This document shows, piece by piece, positions 38,398-47,759 of a stretch of DNA of 47,759 nt. Origin of the DNA: an uncultured Lachnospiraceae bacterium (GTDB lineage Bacteria; Bacillota; Clostridia; Lachnospirales; Lachnospiraceae); the NCBI GenBank assembly GCA_946612125.1, contig CAMOEK010000001.1, positions 1 to 47,759 of the forward strand, written 5' to 3'. The notes below the pieces were generated by a model, which was not told where the DNA came from, searched no databases, and was given only the letters and a program-made list of their open reading frames with translations. Both the position numbers and the translations under genes were made by a program. Position 1 is the first letter of the stretch. Every line of letters begins with the position of its first letter.

Positions 38398-38988
38398 TTA
38401 TATGGATATCTGACAGATCACGATCAGAAGTTCATCGCTTTTTTCGCTTGCTTCGTCAGTTCTCTCGATCCGTTCCAGAAAGCTCTTTTCATCCGTATAG
38501 AGCTTGACACTCACCTTTCCTTTGCCTTCGTTCTTAAGCATGGTATGTATATGTTCCTCACCGCTTTTGGCCTTCTTCTCATCACCTGCCAGCAGCCCCA
38601 GCACCTCATTATCCGTGCATACGCAGCAGTACAGAGGAAATTCTTCCTTATATGCGGTAAGGTAAAAGTCAAAGCCCGCAGACGCTTTACATACAGCTTT
38701 TACTTTCTCATACAGTTCTTTGGGACAGACGAATTTCTTAGCCTTCTCAAACATGATCGCCGAAATAAGAAAACGCGCCGAAGGCAATACTCCCAGCACG
38801 GCGGCAACGGTAAGCAGATTATTGCGGCTTTTCGACCAGCTGATATCGGGATTTCTGTTCTTGGTGATGACCATACCCAGAATAAGCATTCCCAGAGATA
38901 TGCAAAAAAGCAGGAGCGCTTTTATCCACTCCCGCTTTCCCTGGGCTTTTATATAGCCATAACTGCCTTTTAAGATCTGCTTAGTCAC
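38398..38988 (-). CDS. Hypothetical membrane protein
   Basis: Two hydrophobic segments; GTGA overlap with the upstream gene. Confidence 0.75.
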   Translation of the reverse strand: MTKQILKGSYGYIKAQGKREWIKALLLFCISLGMLILGMVITKNRNPDISWSKSRNNLLTVAAVLGVLPSARFLISAIMFEKAKKFVCPKELYEKVKAVCKASAGFDFYLTAYKEEFPLYCCVCTDNEVLGLLAGDEKKAKSGEEHIHTMLKNEGKGKVSVKLYTDEKSFLERIERTDEASEKSDELLIVICQISI

Positions 38989-39632
38989 TGGATATCCCCG
39001 CCTTCGCCTTCAACCGGATTATCAAATATGCTGGGGGGAGCCGGCGTTTCCGGAACAGCTGCCATCGGTTCAGGTTCAGGCTGTGCATTGAGCTCATTAA
39101 GATTATCCTGTACCGTTGTCCCTACAACATTCAGCGCATCAAGAAATCTGTTGGTATTACGCGTTGTGCTGTCAATACAGTCATAAATGATCCCGTTCAG
39201 GTTAAGAAGCATATCGTTCAGGTAAGCCTGGGCAGATGCCAGATAGCTGTCTGCCTCAAATCTTGCCTGAGAAATGATCCTTTCAGCCTCCTGGGCAGCA
39301 GAAGCAACCATATCATCTGCACGCTTGGTAGCCAGGCTGGTTATCTCCGACTGGCTCAGCATCTCGCTCGCTTCCTGATGCACCTTTGCCATAAAACGTT
39401 CAGCCTTATCATGAGACTCCTTCTCTATAGCATCGGCGTTCTCCATAAGTCTTCTGTATTTCTCAATTTCCTCGGGAAGATTGTTTTTTAACTGTCTTAC
39501 GTAATCAACGATCATTTCCCTGTCGACTGCAATATGAGTGCTGCTCAAAAAAACAGGCTTACTCTGATTAATAAGCTGTTCCATCTGTTCAATGATGCTT
39601 TCAAGCTTGCTGTTGACCCTGTCCCTGTCCAT
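38985..39632 (-). CDS. Conserved coiled-coil protein of the coaD neighbourhood (often annotated ATPase subunit H-like or DivIVA-like)
   Basis: Helical AxxxA repeats, VDRE...LP.E motif, position downstream of coaD; GGAGGGAG RBS. Confidence 0.75.
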   Translation of the reverse strand: MDRDRVNSKLESIIEQMEQLINQSKPVFLSSTHIAVDREMIVDYVRQLKNNLPEEIEKYRRLMENADAIEKESHDKAERFMAKVHQEASEMLSQSEITSLATKRADDMVASAAQEAERIISQARFEADSYLASAQAYLNDMLLNLNGIIYDCIDSTTRNTNRFLDALNVVGTTVQDNLNELNAQPEPEPMAAVPETPAPPSIFDNPVEGEGGDIQ

Positions 39633-39653
39633 ACTACTCTCCCTCCGAAATGA

Positions 39654-40142
39654 TCATTTTCGTTCTTTATATTTTTCGTATATGCGCTGAACAAGGAATT
39701 CAGGCACACACTGGCTTATGTCACCGCCAAAAGAGGCGATCTCTTTTACAGATGACGAACTCAGGTAAGCATACTCAAGGCTGGTGGTGAGGAATACCGT
39801 ATCAACCTCTCCCCGTGACAGCTTACGATTGGTCTGAGCCATCTGCAGTTCATATTCAAAATCAGTGATAGCGCGAAGGCCGCGGATCACAACATGTACG
39901 CCCTTCTCATGACAATAGTCGATGACAAGCCCACTGAAGGAATCGACCTGCACATTGTCAAGATGCGCTGTCGCTTCCTGCAATATTTTAACTCGTTCCT
40001 CTGTGGAAAACAATGGAGATTTAGCTTTATTGTTGAGCACGGATACAGTGAGCGTATCAAACATTTCGGCTGCGCGCTCGATCACATCCAGATGTCCCAG
40101 AGTCATCGGATCAAAACTGCCGGGGTATATAGCATGTTTCAT
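39654..40142 (-). CDS. coaD: Pantetheine-phosphate adenylyltransferase
   Basis: [38 protein letters not shown]. Confidence 0.98.
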   Translation of the reverse strand: MKHAIYPGSFDPMTLGHLDVIERAAEMFDTLTVSVLNNKAKSPLFSTEERVKILQEATAHLDNVQVDSFSGLVIDYCHEKGVHVVIRGLRAITDFEYELQMAQTNRKLSRGEVDTVFLTTSLEYAYLSSSSVKEIASFGGDISQCVPEFLVQRIYEKYKERK

Positions 40143-40144
40143 TT

Positions 40145-40699
40145 TTATTTTCTCCTCAGGAAGATATGTTTATTAGTTTTATAGACCTTTTCCTTGATTA
40201 TGTCAAATCCAAGACCGGAAGCTATATCCTCAAGCTCCCTCTCCTTTTTTTCCTCGATGATGATGATCGTATCTTCCGTAACAGCCTTGCTGCGCTGCGC
40301 GGATATGAGCACCTGCTCGTCGAATCCCTGTCCGTAAGGAGCATCCACAAAAACAATATCCGCCGCTTCCCTTACGCCGTAGTTAAGAGCTGTTGCAGCA
40401 TCCTGTCTGAATACCAGTGCGCGGTCAAAAAGCTTTGTATGCTTCAGATTATGCTCTATGCAGCCGATGGCATTTTTATCCATCTCAAAGAAATAAGCTT
40501 TTGCCGCCCCTCTGCTCAAAGCCTCTATTCCTATGGCGCCGCTGCCTGAAAACAGATCCACAAAAACACAGTCCGGAACATCGCTCTGCAGCACATTAAA
40601 GAGAGTTTCTTTAACCCTGTCCGTTGTAGGTCTGGTATTATCACCCTCGGGCGTCATCAGTTGCAGTGAACGGGCGCTGCCCGCTATAACACGCATCAT
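40145..40699 (-). CDS. rsmD: 16S rRNA (guanine966-N2)-methyltransferase
   Basis: [41 protein letters not shown]. Confidence 0.95.
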   Translation of the reverse strand: MMRVIAGSARSLQLMTPEGDNTRPTTDRVKETLFNVLQSDVPDCVFVDLFSGSGAIGIEALSRGAAKAYFFEMDKNAIGCIEHNLKHTKLFDRALVFRQDAATALNYGVREAADIVFVDAPYGQGFDEQVLISAQRSKAVTEDTIIIIEEKKERELEDIASGLGFDIIKEKVYKTNKHIFLRRK

Positions 40700-42939
40700 T
40701 TGAGTTTGGTCCCCTTTGCATCACGTTTCTGCGCCCTTATAAGCGCCAGATCTATCTTCTTTTCATGGAATTCGACCAGATTTTTCTCTGTATGAGCGCT
40801 GCCTACTACAGCCAGCTCCACATAATCATCCTTTTCCAGTTTCATTCCCCTTACGCCCACGGCAGCCTTCTTCTTCATGGGCACCTCAAGACCGTCTATC
40901 TTTAACAGATAACCCTTATGGGTGAACATGGCCAGATATGACTGGTCATAGAGCACATCTACCTTAACTACTTCATCATCATCTGCCAGCTTGGTCGCCG
41001 CCACCATGCGCTTGGCCACATCAAATTCATCACCGGTAACATATTTTATCATAGCCTGCTTTGTTACAAACAAAAGCCTTAAAGTGCTGACCTCTGCCTG
41101 ATCCAGCACGCAGATAATATCTTCCTGCTGTGAATCGAAATTGCTTACATTATCGAAAGGTATACCCTTGTCCCTGAAACGGCCGTGCGGCAGATCGGCA
41201 ACTTTTATCGTATGCAGATTACCCTTATTTGTAAAGGCGCAAAGTTTGCCGGTATTCTTACAGTTGATCACCCATGCATTTTCTGTTTCGATCGCTTCCC
41301 TGTTGCGTTCAAGAGTAGCAGTATCAACAGTCTTGCAGTATCCGAAGCGGTCCATAAGAAAGACAACATCCATCTCTTCCATCTTTTTCTCTTCATAGAC
41401 CACTTCTTCCGCATTCTCTATAGATGTCTTTCTGGGCGCCTGGTAGGTCTTCTTCATGGCCTGCAGGTCTTCGATGATCACGTTTGCCATGGATTCGCGT
41501 CTGTCCAGGATATCTTCATAACGGAAAATATTTGCGGTAGTCTGCTCATATTCACGATTAAGCGCTTCGATCTCGAGGCCTATCAGTCTGTACAGACGCA
41601 GCTCAAGTATCGCATCGGCCTGGCGCTCGGTAAAATGCAGCATGCCGGCCATTATCTTTGATTCCTTGCTCTTAAAGTTTATACCGTCGGTGATTCCTTC
41701 GACCAGGCATGCCTTTGCCTGGGGACGGTCTTTGGAACCGCGGAGTATCTCTATGATCAGGTCTATAACATTGCAGGCCTTGATAAGACCTTCCTGTACT
41801 TCCTTTTTCTCCCTCTCTTTAGCCAGCAGATTAGTATATTTCCTGCGGTTTAATTCAAACTGGAAATTCACATTATGTCTGATAACGTCCTTAAGACTCA
41901 TGGTCTCGGGTCTGCCTTCGGCTATGGCCAGCATATTAAATCCGAAGGTATCTTCCAGTTTGGTCTTCTTATAGAGCATATTGGTGAAGTTTTCCACATC
42001 GGTATCCTTCTTAAGCTCTATAACTATGCGTATGCCTTCCTTTGAAGACTGATTTGAGATATCAACTACATCCGTAGTCTTGCGGCTTTCAGCCAGCGCC
42101 GCAACATCGGCCAGGAATTTGGCTATGCCCTGGCCTATCATGGTATAAGGTATCTCCGTGATGACTAAAAGCACATGTCCGCCTTTTGCATTTTCGGTTG
42201 TTACCTTGCCCCTTATCTTTATCTTTCCGCTGCCGCTCTCATAGATCTGCAGCAGTTCGTCTTTATTTGTGACTATACCGCCGGTAGGGAAATCGGGGCC
42301 CTTGATATACTTCATCAGTCCCTCGGTAGTTATATTCTCATCCTTTATATAGGCTATAGTCGCGTCGATAACCTCGCCCACATTATGAGGAGGGATCTTT
42401 GTAGCCATACCTACGGCTATACCTTCACTGCCGTTCACCAGCAGATTGGAAAAACGTGCCGGAAGTACTGAGGGTTCTTTTTCCGTTTCGTCAAAATTCG
42501 GCTGGAAATCCACTACATCCTTATCCAGATCGGCCAGCAGTGCCTCCTGTGATATACGCGCCAGCCTGGCCTCCGTATAACGCATTGCAGCGGCGCCGTC
42601 GCCTTCGATATTGCCAAAGTTTCCGTGACCGTCAACAAGCGGAATGCCTTTTTTAAACTCCTGGGTCATTACCACCAGAGCATCATAAATCGAAGAATCA
42701 CCATGGGGATGATACTTACCCATGGTATCACCTACGATACGCGCGCTCTTTCTGTGCGGCCTGTCATAACGCACTCCCAGTTCATACATATCATATAAAA
42801 CGCGGCGCTGAACGGGCTTAAGGCCGTCGCGCACATCAGGCAATGCACGTGAAATGATAACGCTCATCGCATAATCTATATAATTTTTCTGCATTACCTC
42901 GCTGTACTCTGTTTTTAATATTCTGTCATTTGATTCCAT
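40696..42939 (-). CDS. parC: Type IIA topoisomerase subunit A (probably topoisomerase IV ParC)
   Basis: RALPDVRDGLKPVQRR, YHPHGD, AAAMRYTE (catalytic Tyr); short CTD with no evident GyrA box; no dnaA/recF context. Confidence 0.8.
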   Translation of the reverse strand: MESNDRILKTEYSEVMQKNYIDYAMSVIISRALPDVRDGLKPVQRRVLYDMYELGVRYDRPHRKSARIVGDTMGKYHPHGDSSIYDALVVMTQEFKKGIPLVDGHGNFGNIEGDGAAAMRYTEARLARISQEALLADLDKDVVDFQPNFDETEKEPSVLPARFSNLLVNGSEGIAVGMATKIPPHNVGEVIDATIAYIKDENITTEGLMKYIKGPDFPTGGIVTNKDELLQIYESGSGKIKIRGKVTTENAKGGHVLLVITEIPYTMIGQGIAKFLADVAALAESRKTTDVVDISNQSSKEGIRIVIELKKDTDVENFTNMLYKKTKLEDTFGFNMLAIAEGRPETMSLKDVIRHNVNFQFELNRRKYTNLLAKEREKKEVQEGLIKACNVIDLIIEILRGSKDRPQAKACLVEGITDGINFKSKESKIMAGMLHFTERQADAILELRLYRLIGLEIEALNREYEQTTANIFRYEDILDRRESMANVIIEDLQAMKKTYQAPRKTSIENAEEVVYEEKKMEEMDVVFLMDRFGYCKTVDTATLERNREAIETENAWVINCKNTGKLCAFTNKGNLHTIKVADLPHGRFRDKGIPFDNVSNFDSQQEDIICVLDQAEVSTLRLLFVTKQAMIKYVTGDEFDVAKRMVAATKLADDDEVVKVDVLYDQSYLAMFTHKGYLLKIDGLEVPMKKKAAVGVRGMKLEKDDYVELAVVGSAHTEKNLVEFHEKKIDLALIRAQKRDAKGTKLK

Positions 42940-43025
42940 GAATGTCTACTCCTTAAATAGCCGCAGCATTATACTCTTTTGGATCACAGCCTCCCGCAGG
43001 CGGTCACGGCTGATTCCTGATAATT

Positions 43026-44957
43026 TTATACATCCAGCACTGCATCCGTGGCATTCTCATGGATGAAGCTGCGGCGCGGTGCCACCTCGCTGCCCATCAA
43101 AAGTTCCGTGGTATCGGATGCCAGAATGGGATCTTCAATATCGACGCGCTTTAAAAGACGGCGTTCGGGATCAAGCGTAGTTTCCCACAGCTGTTCCGGA
43201 TCCATTTCTCCAAGTCCTTTATAACGCTGCAGTGTAAAGCTGCCCTTATGGGTCTTTCTGTATTTTGCCAGTGCAGCATCATCATAAAGGTATTCTTCTT
43301 TTCCCTTCGAAGGCACTGCCTTGTACAGTGGCGGCATAGCTATATAGACATGGCCTTCCTGTATGAGTTCCGGCATAAAGCGGTAAAACAGCGTAAGCAG
43401 CAGCGTACAGATATGCGCGCCGTCCACATCGGCATCGGCCATTATGATTATCTTGTCGTATCTTAATTTAGTGATATCAAAATCATTGCCGTAGCCTTCG
43501 GAAAAGCCGCAGCCAAAGGCATTGATCATGGTCTTTATCTCGGCATTAGCCAGCACCTTGTCGATGCTTGCCTTCTCCACGTTAAGCGTCTTACCTCTGA
43601 TAGGCAGTATAGCCTGGAATTCGCGGTTGCGGGCAGTTTTTGCGCTGCCGCCTGCGGAATCACCCTCTACTATAAATATCTCGCATTTACTTGCGTCCCT
43701 GGAGCCGCAGTTAGCCAGCTTGCCATTAGAATCAAAGGAATATTTCTGCTTGGTAAGCAGATTGGTCTTTGCCTTCTCCTCGCTCTTACGTATCTTAGCT
43801 GCTTTCTCTGCGCAGCCTATTACATTCTTTAAGACTTCAAGATTTCTGTCAAAATAATGAACTGTTTCATCACCGGTAACCTTGCTCACGGCTTTGGCAG
43901 CATCCTGGTTATCCAGCTTGGTCTTGGTCTGTCCTTCAAAGCGGGGATCCCTGTGCTTGATGGAGACCACTGCTGTCATACCGTTACGGACATCGGAACC
44001 GGTGAAATTCGGATCCTTCTCTTTGAGCACGCCCAGCTGCCTTGCATAACTGTTGATGACGGTCGTAAACATGGTCTTAAAGCCTGTGATATGCGTACCG
44101 CCTTCAGCGTTATAGATATTATTACAGAAGCCCAGGACTATCTCATGGAATTCATTCACAAACTGGAATGCGCATTCCACTTCAATATCTTCCTGCTCGC
44201 CTTTAAAATAAACCACATCATGTACGGCTTCCTTGCCCTTATTAAGCGCCGCAACAAAGCCCTTGATGCCCTCCGGCTCATGGAATTCAACTTCGTCGGG
44301 CTCTGCTCCGCGCAGATCCTTAAAGTAGATCGTAAGCTGGGGATTCAGATAAGCAGTCTCGTGAAGACGCGATTTGATATCTTCGGCCTTGAACCAGGTC
44401 TTGTCAAAAATGGTATCATCCGGCGTAAAATTGACCTTTGTGCCGGTCTTTTTTGTATTGCCTACTACGGGTAAAAGCCCCGCCTCAAGTTCGGTAACGG
44501 GATTGCCTCTCTCGTACTCGTCCTCATAAATATGACCGTTACGCTTTATGGTCACCTTAAGATGGCTTGACAGAGCATTAACAACGGATGAACCCACACC
44601 ATGCAGACCGCCGCTGGTCTTATAAGCGCTGTCATCAAATTTACCGCCTGCATGAAGCGTGGTGAACACCAGACGCTCGGCGCTGATGCCTTTTGCATGC
44701 ATCTCTACAGGCATACCGCGGCCGTCGTCTTCCACAGTGGCAGATCCGTCCTTTTCAAGCGTGACCCAGATATTGTCACAATGCCCTGCAAGATGCTCAT
44801 CTACAGAGTTATCAACTATTTCATAAACCAGATGGTTCAGACCCTTCGTAGAAACCGAACCTATATACATACCCGGGCGTACTCTGACCGCCTCCAGGCC
44901 TTCCAGCACGACAATATTTTCCGCGCCGTAATTATCTTTCTTATTATCTGCAGCCAT
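43026..44957 (-). CDS. parE: Type IIA topoisomerase subunit B (probably topoisomerase IV ParE)
   Basis: VRVRPGMYIG, EIVDNSVDE, GGLHGVG, VEGDSAGG, PIRGK, DADVDG, QRYKGLGEM. Start at MAADN after GAGGA. Confidence 0.8.
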   Translation of the reverse strand: MAADNKKDNYGAENIVVLEGLEAVRVRPGMYIGSVSTKGLNHLVYEIVDNSVDEHLAGHCDNIWVTLEKDGSATVEDDGRGMPVEMHAKGISAERLVFTTLHAGGKFDDSAYKTSGGLHGVGSSVVNALSSHLKVTIKRNGHIYEDEYERGNPVTELEAGLLPVVGNTKKTGTKVNFTPDDTIFDKTWFKAEDIKSRLHETAYLNPQLTIYFKDLRGAEPDEVEFHEPEGIKGFVAALNKGKEAVHDVVYFKGEQEDIEVECAFQFVNEFHEIVLGFCNNIYNAEGGTHITGFKTMFTTVINSYARQLGVLKEKDPNFTGSDVRNGMTAVVSIKHRDPRFEGQTKTKLDNQDAAKAVSKVTGDETVHYFDRNLEVLKNVIGCAEKAAKIRKSEEKAKTNLLTKQKYSFDSNGKLANCGSRDASKCEIFIVEGDSAGGSAKTARNREFQAILPIRGKTLNVEKASIDKVLANAEIKTMINAFGCGFSEGYGNDFDITKLRYDKIIIMADADVDGAHICTLLLTLFYRFMPELIQEGHVYIAMPPLYKAVPSKGKEEYLYDDAALAKYRKTHKGSFTLQRYKGLGEMDPEQLWETTLDPERRLLKRVDIEDPILASDTTELLMGSEVAPRRSFIHENATDAVLDV

Positions 44958-45001
44958 ATCTTCCTCACTAGATATTGTATATTTTGACACGCACAAGCGC
45001 T

Positions 45002-45030
45002 ATTTTAACAAAAAGGTCAACATAAGTCAA
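45002..45030 (-). promoter_or_regulatory. parE promoter
   Basis: TTGACT-17 bp-TAAAAT with TG extension. Confidence 0.75.
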
Positions 45031-45038
45031 CAGGCAGC

Positions 45039-45052
45039 CGAACTTTTGTTCG
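45039..45052. promoter_or_regulatory. LexA (Cheo) SOS box
   Basis: CGAAC-TTTT-GTTCG matches the Firmicutes GAAC-N4-GTTC consensus, 8 bp upstream of the -35. Confidence 0.7.
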
Positions 45053-45149
45053 CCCGTCAGTCTCAAATAAAAAATCCTTCTTCTCCGTCCGGGCCGGCAA
45101 AATAATCCTGCCGTCAGAGCCTTAGCCTTCCCGGACGGATCCCGGGATC

Positions 45150-46901
45150 TTACATTAAATTACCGTAATAGGGCATGGAATTTGCTGCGCCGCTTTGCTC
45201 TGCATAGTCAGGATTTATAATATCCTGCGAATCTTCATAGTGTATCTTGCAATCGCTGATCCAGGGCTGACGCGTTTCATCAAGGTCACACTGGAAATTG
45301 ATCTTCATGCCATCGTCATACATTTCAAAGCCCATACCACCCAGCGTTTCAGGTGTGGTAAGCCGTTTTCTTAAGACCTCACGATATTCGGGACTTACCA
45401 GCTTATCATGCATGGGTCCATGAGAATATATGCCGGAAAGCTGCCTGATCAATATATCGATCAGCTTCTCCGTGTCCGTATAGAATTCCGCCACGCTCAT
45501 CTGATGTCCGTCTGTTGTGCTGAAACAGTATGTTTTATGGTCACCGAACGGATCTGTATTCATAAGTCCGCCTTCTATCGGCAGATAGTAAGACTCACAT
45601 CTGAGCATCAAAAACCAGAAAAAGCCCTTTCCGTACCTAGGGCGGAAATCTCCCAGCAGGCGGGCTGCGTGGCACATACCCGTTCTTTTATCTTCCGGGA
45701 CCTTTGCCATTGCATCGTAGAGCCAAAGCCCGCGGGCCTTCTCTTCTTTATTGACCTGTTCCATCCACAGATCAAGGCTGTTTTTTAACGCCTCCGGTAC
45801 CTCACCGGACATTTTCCATCTGCCCGTCGGATATTCCACTTCATAGTCATAAGCTTCCCCTCGCAGGGTGACGGTTTCCTTATCTCTCCCTTCCCGACTG
45901 AGCTCAACACTGTAAGCATCATTATCTCTCTTTGAAACTATTCGCAGCATGGACTTTGTACTGTGAAATTCCATCCTGCCATAGTCAAGTCCCGCCTTTA
46001 CCAGAAGCTTTAAGATAAACAGATGAAGTTTATATCCATCCTTTTTCCATTCCTCGGGAACAAAGATATGATTTGCTCTCGCATGATACGGTTCTTTATA
46101 AAACTGTATCGAAAGATCGAAGCTCTCCGCAGCCGCAGGTACACCGTCCTGCCATGCATCAAGACCGTTTATCTGATCCAGCTTTCCGTTTGCTATACAA
46201 AGAGCCAGCTTGTTCATCTCTTCAGGGCTTATCTCTACATCCGGAACCTTAAAGCCCCGCTGCTGCATCCCGGCCATCATCATCATCATACCGCCGGACA
46301 TATTGGTACCTAAGGAACCGGGCGCACAGCCGCCCTTATCCATCACAGCTTTTATGATACCGCCGCCGTCTTCCGTCCGCTCTATATCAAAAGTATAATA
46401 ACCCTGATAAGGCGGCATCGGCGCCATCATGCCGCTGTTCTCCTTAAACGGTACCTGGACTTTTAAACAAAGTTTTCTTACTCGGTAATCCTGAAACCAC
46501 TTGATCGCTTTTTCATTTGTATTGATATGCACCTCACCGTATTTGGGTGCTTCATAAGGTTCTCTCTCAAAACACCTCGGGCTGTATTGCATATCATAGA
46601 CTACCATGTTCATCCTGGTCGTCAGAGCGCAATACTCGGGATTGACCGACGTATGATATACAAATGTGGTAAAAGAATCGGGAATATCATTTGCGCACAG
46701 GATCCAGTCCGATTTACTGTCCGGATCCTGCTTAAGAGCATACGAAGCTGTCTTCTTTTCCCCGTACTTTTCATATATCAGAGTTCTTTCTTCAACTGTA
46801 AGCACGGCACCGTTTTCGCACTGCTCATACCACTTGCCCAGTAGCTGCTCTGCTATCTTTTTCTTCTCTTCGTCCATATCCCCCCCGATATCTGCGATCA
46901 T
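45150..46901 (-). CDS. Hypothetical protein (583 aa, no signal peptide)
   Basis: Long ORF with ATGA overlap to the upstream gene; alternative start at 46877; no family recognised with confidence. Confidence 0.75.
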   Translation of the reverse strand: MIADIGGDMDEEKKKIAEQLLGKWYEQCENGAVLTVEERTLIYEKYGEKKTASYALKQDPDSKSDWILCANDIPDSFTTFVYHTSVNPEYCALTTRMNMVVYDMQYSPRCFEREPYEAPKYGEVHINTNEKAIKWFQDYRVRKLCLKVQVPFKENSGMMAPMPPYQGYYTFDIERTEDGGGIIKAVMDKGGCAPGSLGTNMSGGMMMMMAGMQQRGFKVPDVEISPEEMNKLALCIANGKLDQINGLDAWQDGVPAAAESFDLSIQFYKEPYHARANHIFVPEEWKKDGYKLHLFILKLLVKAGLDYGRMEFHSTKSMLRIVSKRDNDAYSVELSREGRDKETVTLRGEAYDYEVEYPTGRWKMSGEVPEALKNSLDLWMEQVNKEEKARGLWLYDAMAKVPEDKRTGMCHAARLLGDFRPRYGKGFFWFLMLRCESYYLPIEGGLMNTDPFGDHKTYCFSTTDGHQMSVAEFYTDTEKLIDILIRQLSGIYSHGPMHDKLVSPEYREVLRKRLTTPETLGGMGFEMYDDGMKINFQCDLDETRQPWISDCKIHYEDSQDIINPDYAEQSGAANSMPYYGNLM

Positions 46902-47758
46902 TCTGCCGGTCTGACGACTACATTTATCGTTATGGTCTTGCCATTGATCTTTGCGCTGAACTTGCCTTTTCCTGCCTTTCTTGCGATCACATGGCCATAT
47001 TCATCAACAAAAGCATTATCGGCCTTACTGCTCTTAAATACCACAGGCTGCTCCGCCCCGGATATTTCCAGATCCAGTTCTTCACCTTCATTAACATACA
47101 ATTCGTACTTGCTGCTGCTGATCTTACCCAGTTTTGATGATATCTGTTTGATATCGATATCCTCAACGATCACCGTAGCAGTGTAAACCCCGTTATCCGT
47201 CTGTGCGCTGAAAACGGCTGTTCCTGCGCTTACAGCCTTAAACCTGCCTTTTTCAAAAATACATACTGAGCTGTCAGAGCTAATCCATAAAGGATTCTTT
47301 ACGCCGATTATCGCAAGCTTTTTGGTCTTTCCTTTGTTAATATGCAGCGTGCGTGTCTTAGGCGTTACTTTTTCCTTAACGGTAACGGTAGAATTATATG
47401 CCTTGCCGTTGATATATGCTGTTATTTTTGCCTTGCCCTTTGCAACAGCCGTAACAGTACCATCCTGCTCCACTGTTGCCACATCGGGTGCCGCGCTGTA
47501 CCAGAAAACGGGAAGCTCAGCAGGATTGTTAAGCTCTAACTTAAATGAATAACTCAACTCTGCATCTTCTATCGTAAACTTATACGACTTAGTTACCGTA
47601 GGCTGGCTCACATGCACTCTGAGCATCCTGCCGGTATCCGTATACCAGATAACAGCATCACCGGCTTTCTTTGCAACGAAAGCCCCCTTCTTACTTACGC
47701 TGACAATCTTTTTGCTGTCCTTATCTTTTTTATCCACATACCAGCCGGGGCCGATATT
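46898..47758 (-). CDS. C-terminal part of a large protein with Ig-like (Big_2-type) repeats; 5' end lies outside the window
   Basis: The frame stays open to the window edge (NIGPGWYVDKK...); repeats such as WYSAAPDVATVEQDGTVTAVAKGKAKITA. Confidence 0.85.
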   Translation of the reverse strand, partial: NIGPGWYVDKKDKDSKKIVSVSKKGAFVAKKAGDAVIWYTDTGRMLRVHVSQPTVTKSYKFTIEDAELSYSFKLELNNPAELPVFWYSAAPDVATVEQDGTVTAVAKGKAKITAYINGKAYNSTVTVKEKVTPKTRTLHINKGKTKKLAIIGVKNPLWISSDSSVCIFEKGRFKAVSAGTAVFSAQTDNGVYTATVIVEDIDIKQISSKLGKISSSKYELYVNEGEELDLEISGAEQPVVFKSSKADNAFVDEYGHVIARKAGKGKFSAKINGKTITINVVVRPAE

Positions 47759-47759
47759 G

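Noticed and set aside
40696-44957. Calling the topoisomerase pair gyrA/gyrB
   Set aside because: No GyrA box, a short CTD and no oriC gene context; phylogeny is still needed to be certain
46275-46289. (CAT)5 tract as a phase-variation switch
   Set aside because: A trinucleotide unit keeps the reading frame and the tract is short
1-47759. CRISPR arrays, IS elements, prophage, defence or toxin-antitoxin systems, recoded stop codons
   Set aside because: No regularly spaced repeats or hallmark genes seen; intergenic gaps are all about 210 bp or less and the genes look intact

Overview
Chromosomal window from a low-GC Gram-positive anaerobe; gene content and order suggest a Lachnospiraceae/Butyrivibrio-like organism (inference). 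It holds about 37 densely packed CDS, mostly on the minus strand, and one tRNA-Arg(CCG). I see no integrase, transposase, CRISPR array or phage genes. The left half is accessory and signalling: an OmpR regulator with an FtsX-type ABC exporter, a GH26 hydrolase, three c-di-GMP-related proteins (HD-GYP, degenerate REC-GGDEF, sugar-binding EAL), an orphan G1PDH-like dehydrogenase, an SGNH hydrolase, a permuted DUF58/transglutaminase/MoxR module, a membrane-anchored trigger-factor-like PPIase and a polar amino acid ABC transporter. The right half is mostly housekeeping (efp, pnp, rpsO, glyQS, RluA, coaD, rsmD, parC/parE-like) plus two large proteins that share a lysine-rich Ig-like C-terminal module. 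The strongest novelty candidates are (1) c-di-GMP phosphodiesterases fused to probable carbohydrate-binding modules, one with a visibly duplicated ~155-aa domain next to the GH26 gene, and (2) the shared C-terminal Ig-like module as a possible surface-anchoring tag. All calls come from motif reading by eye; no database search was run.
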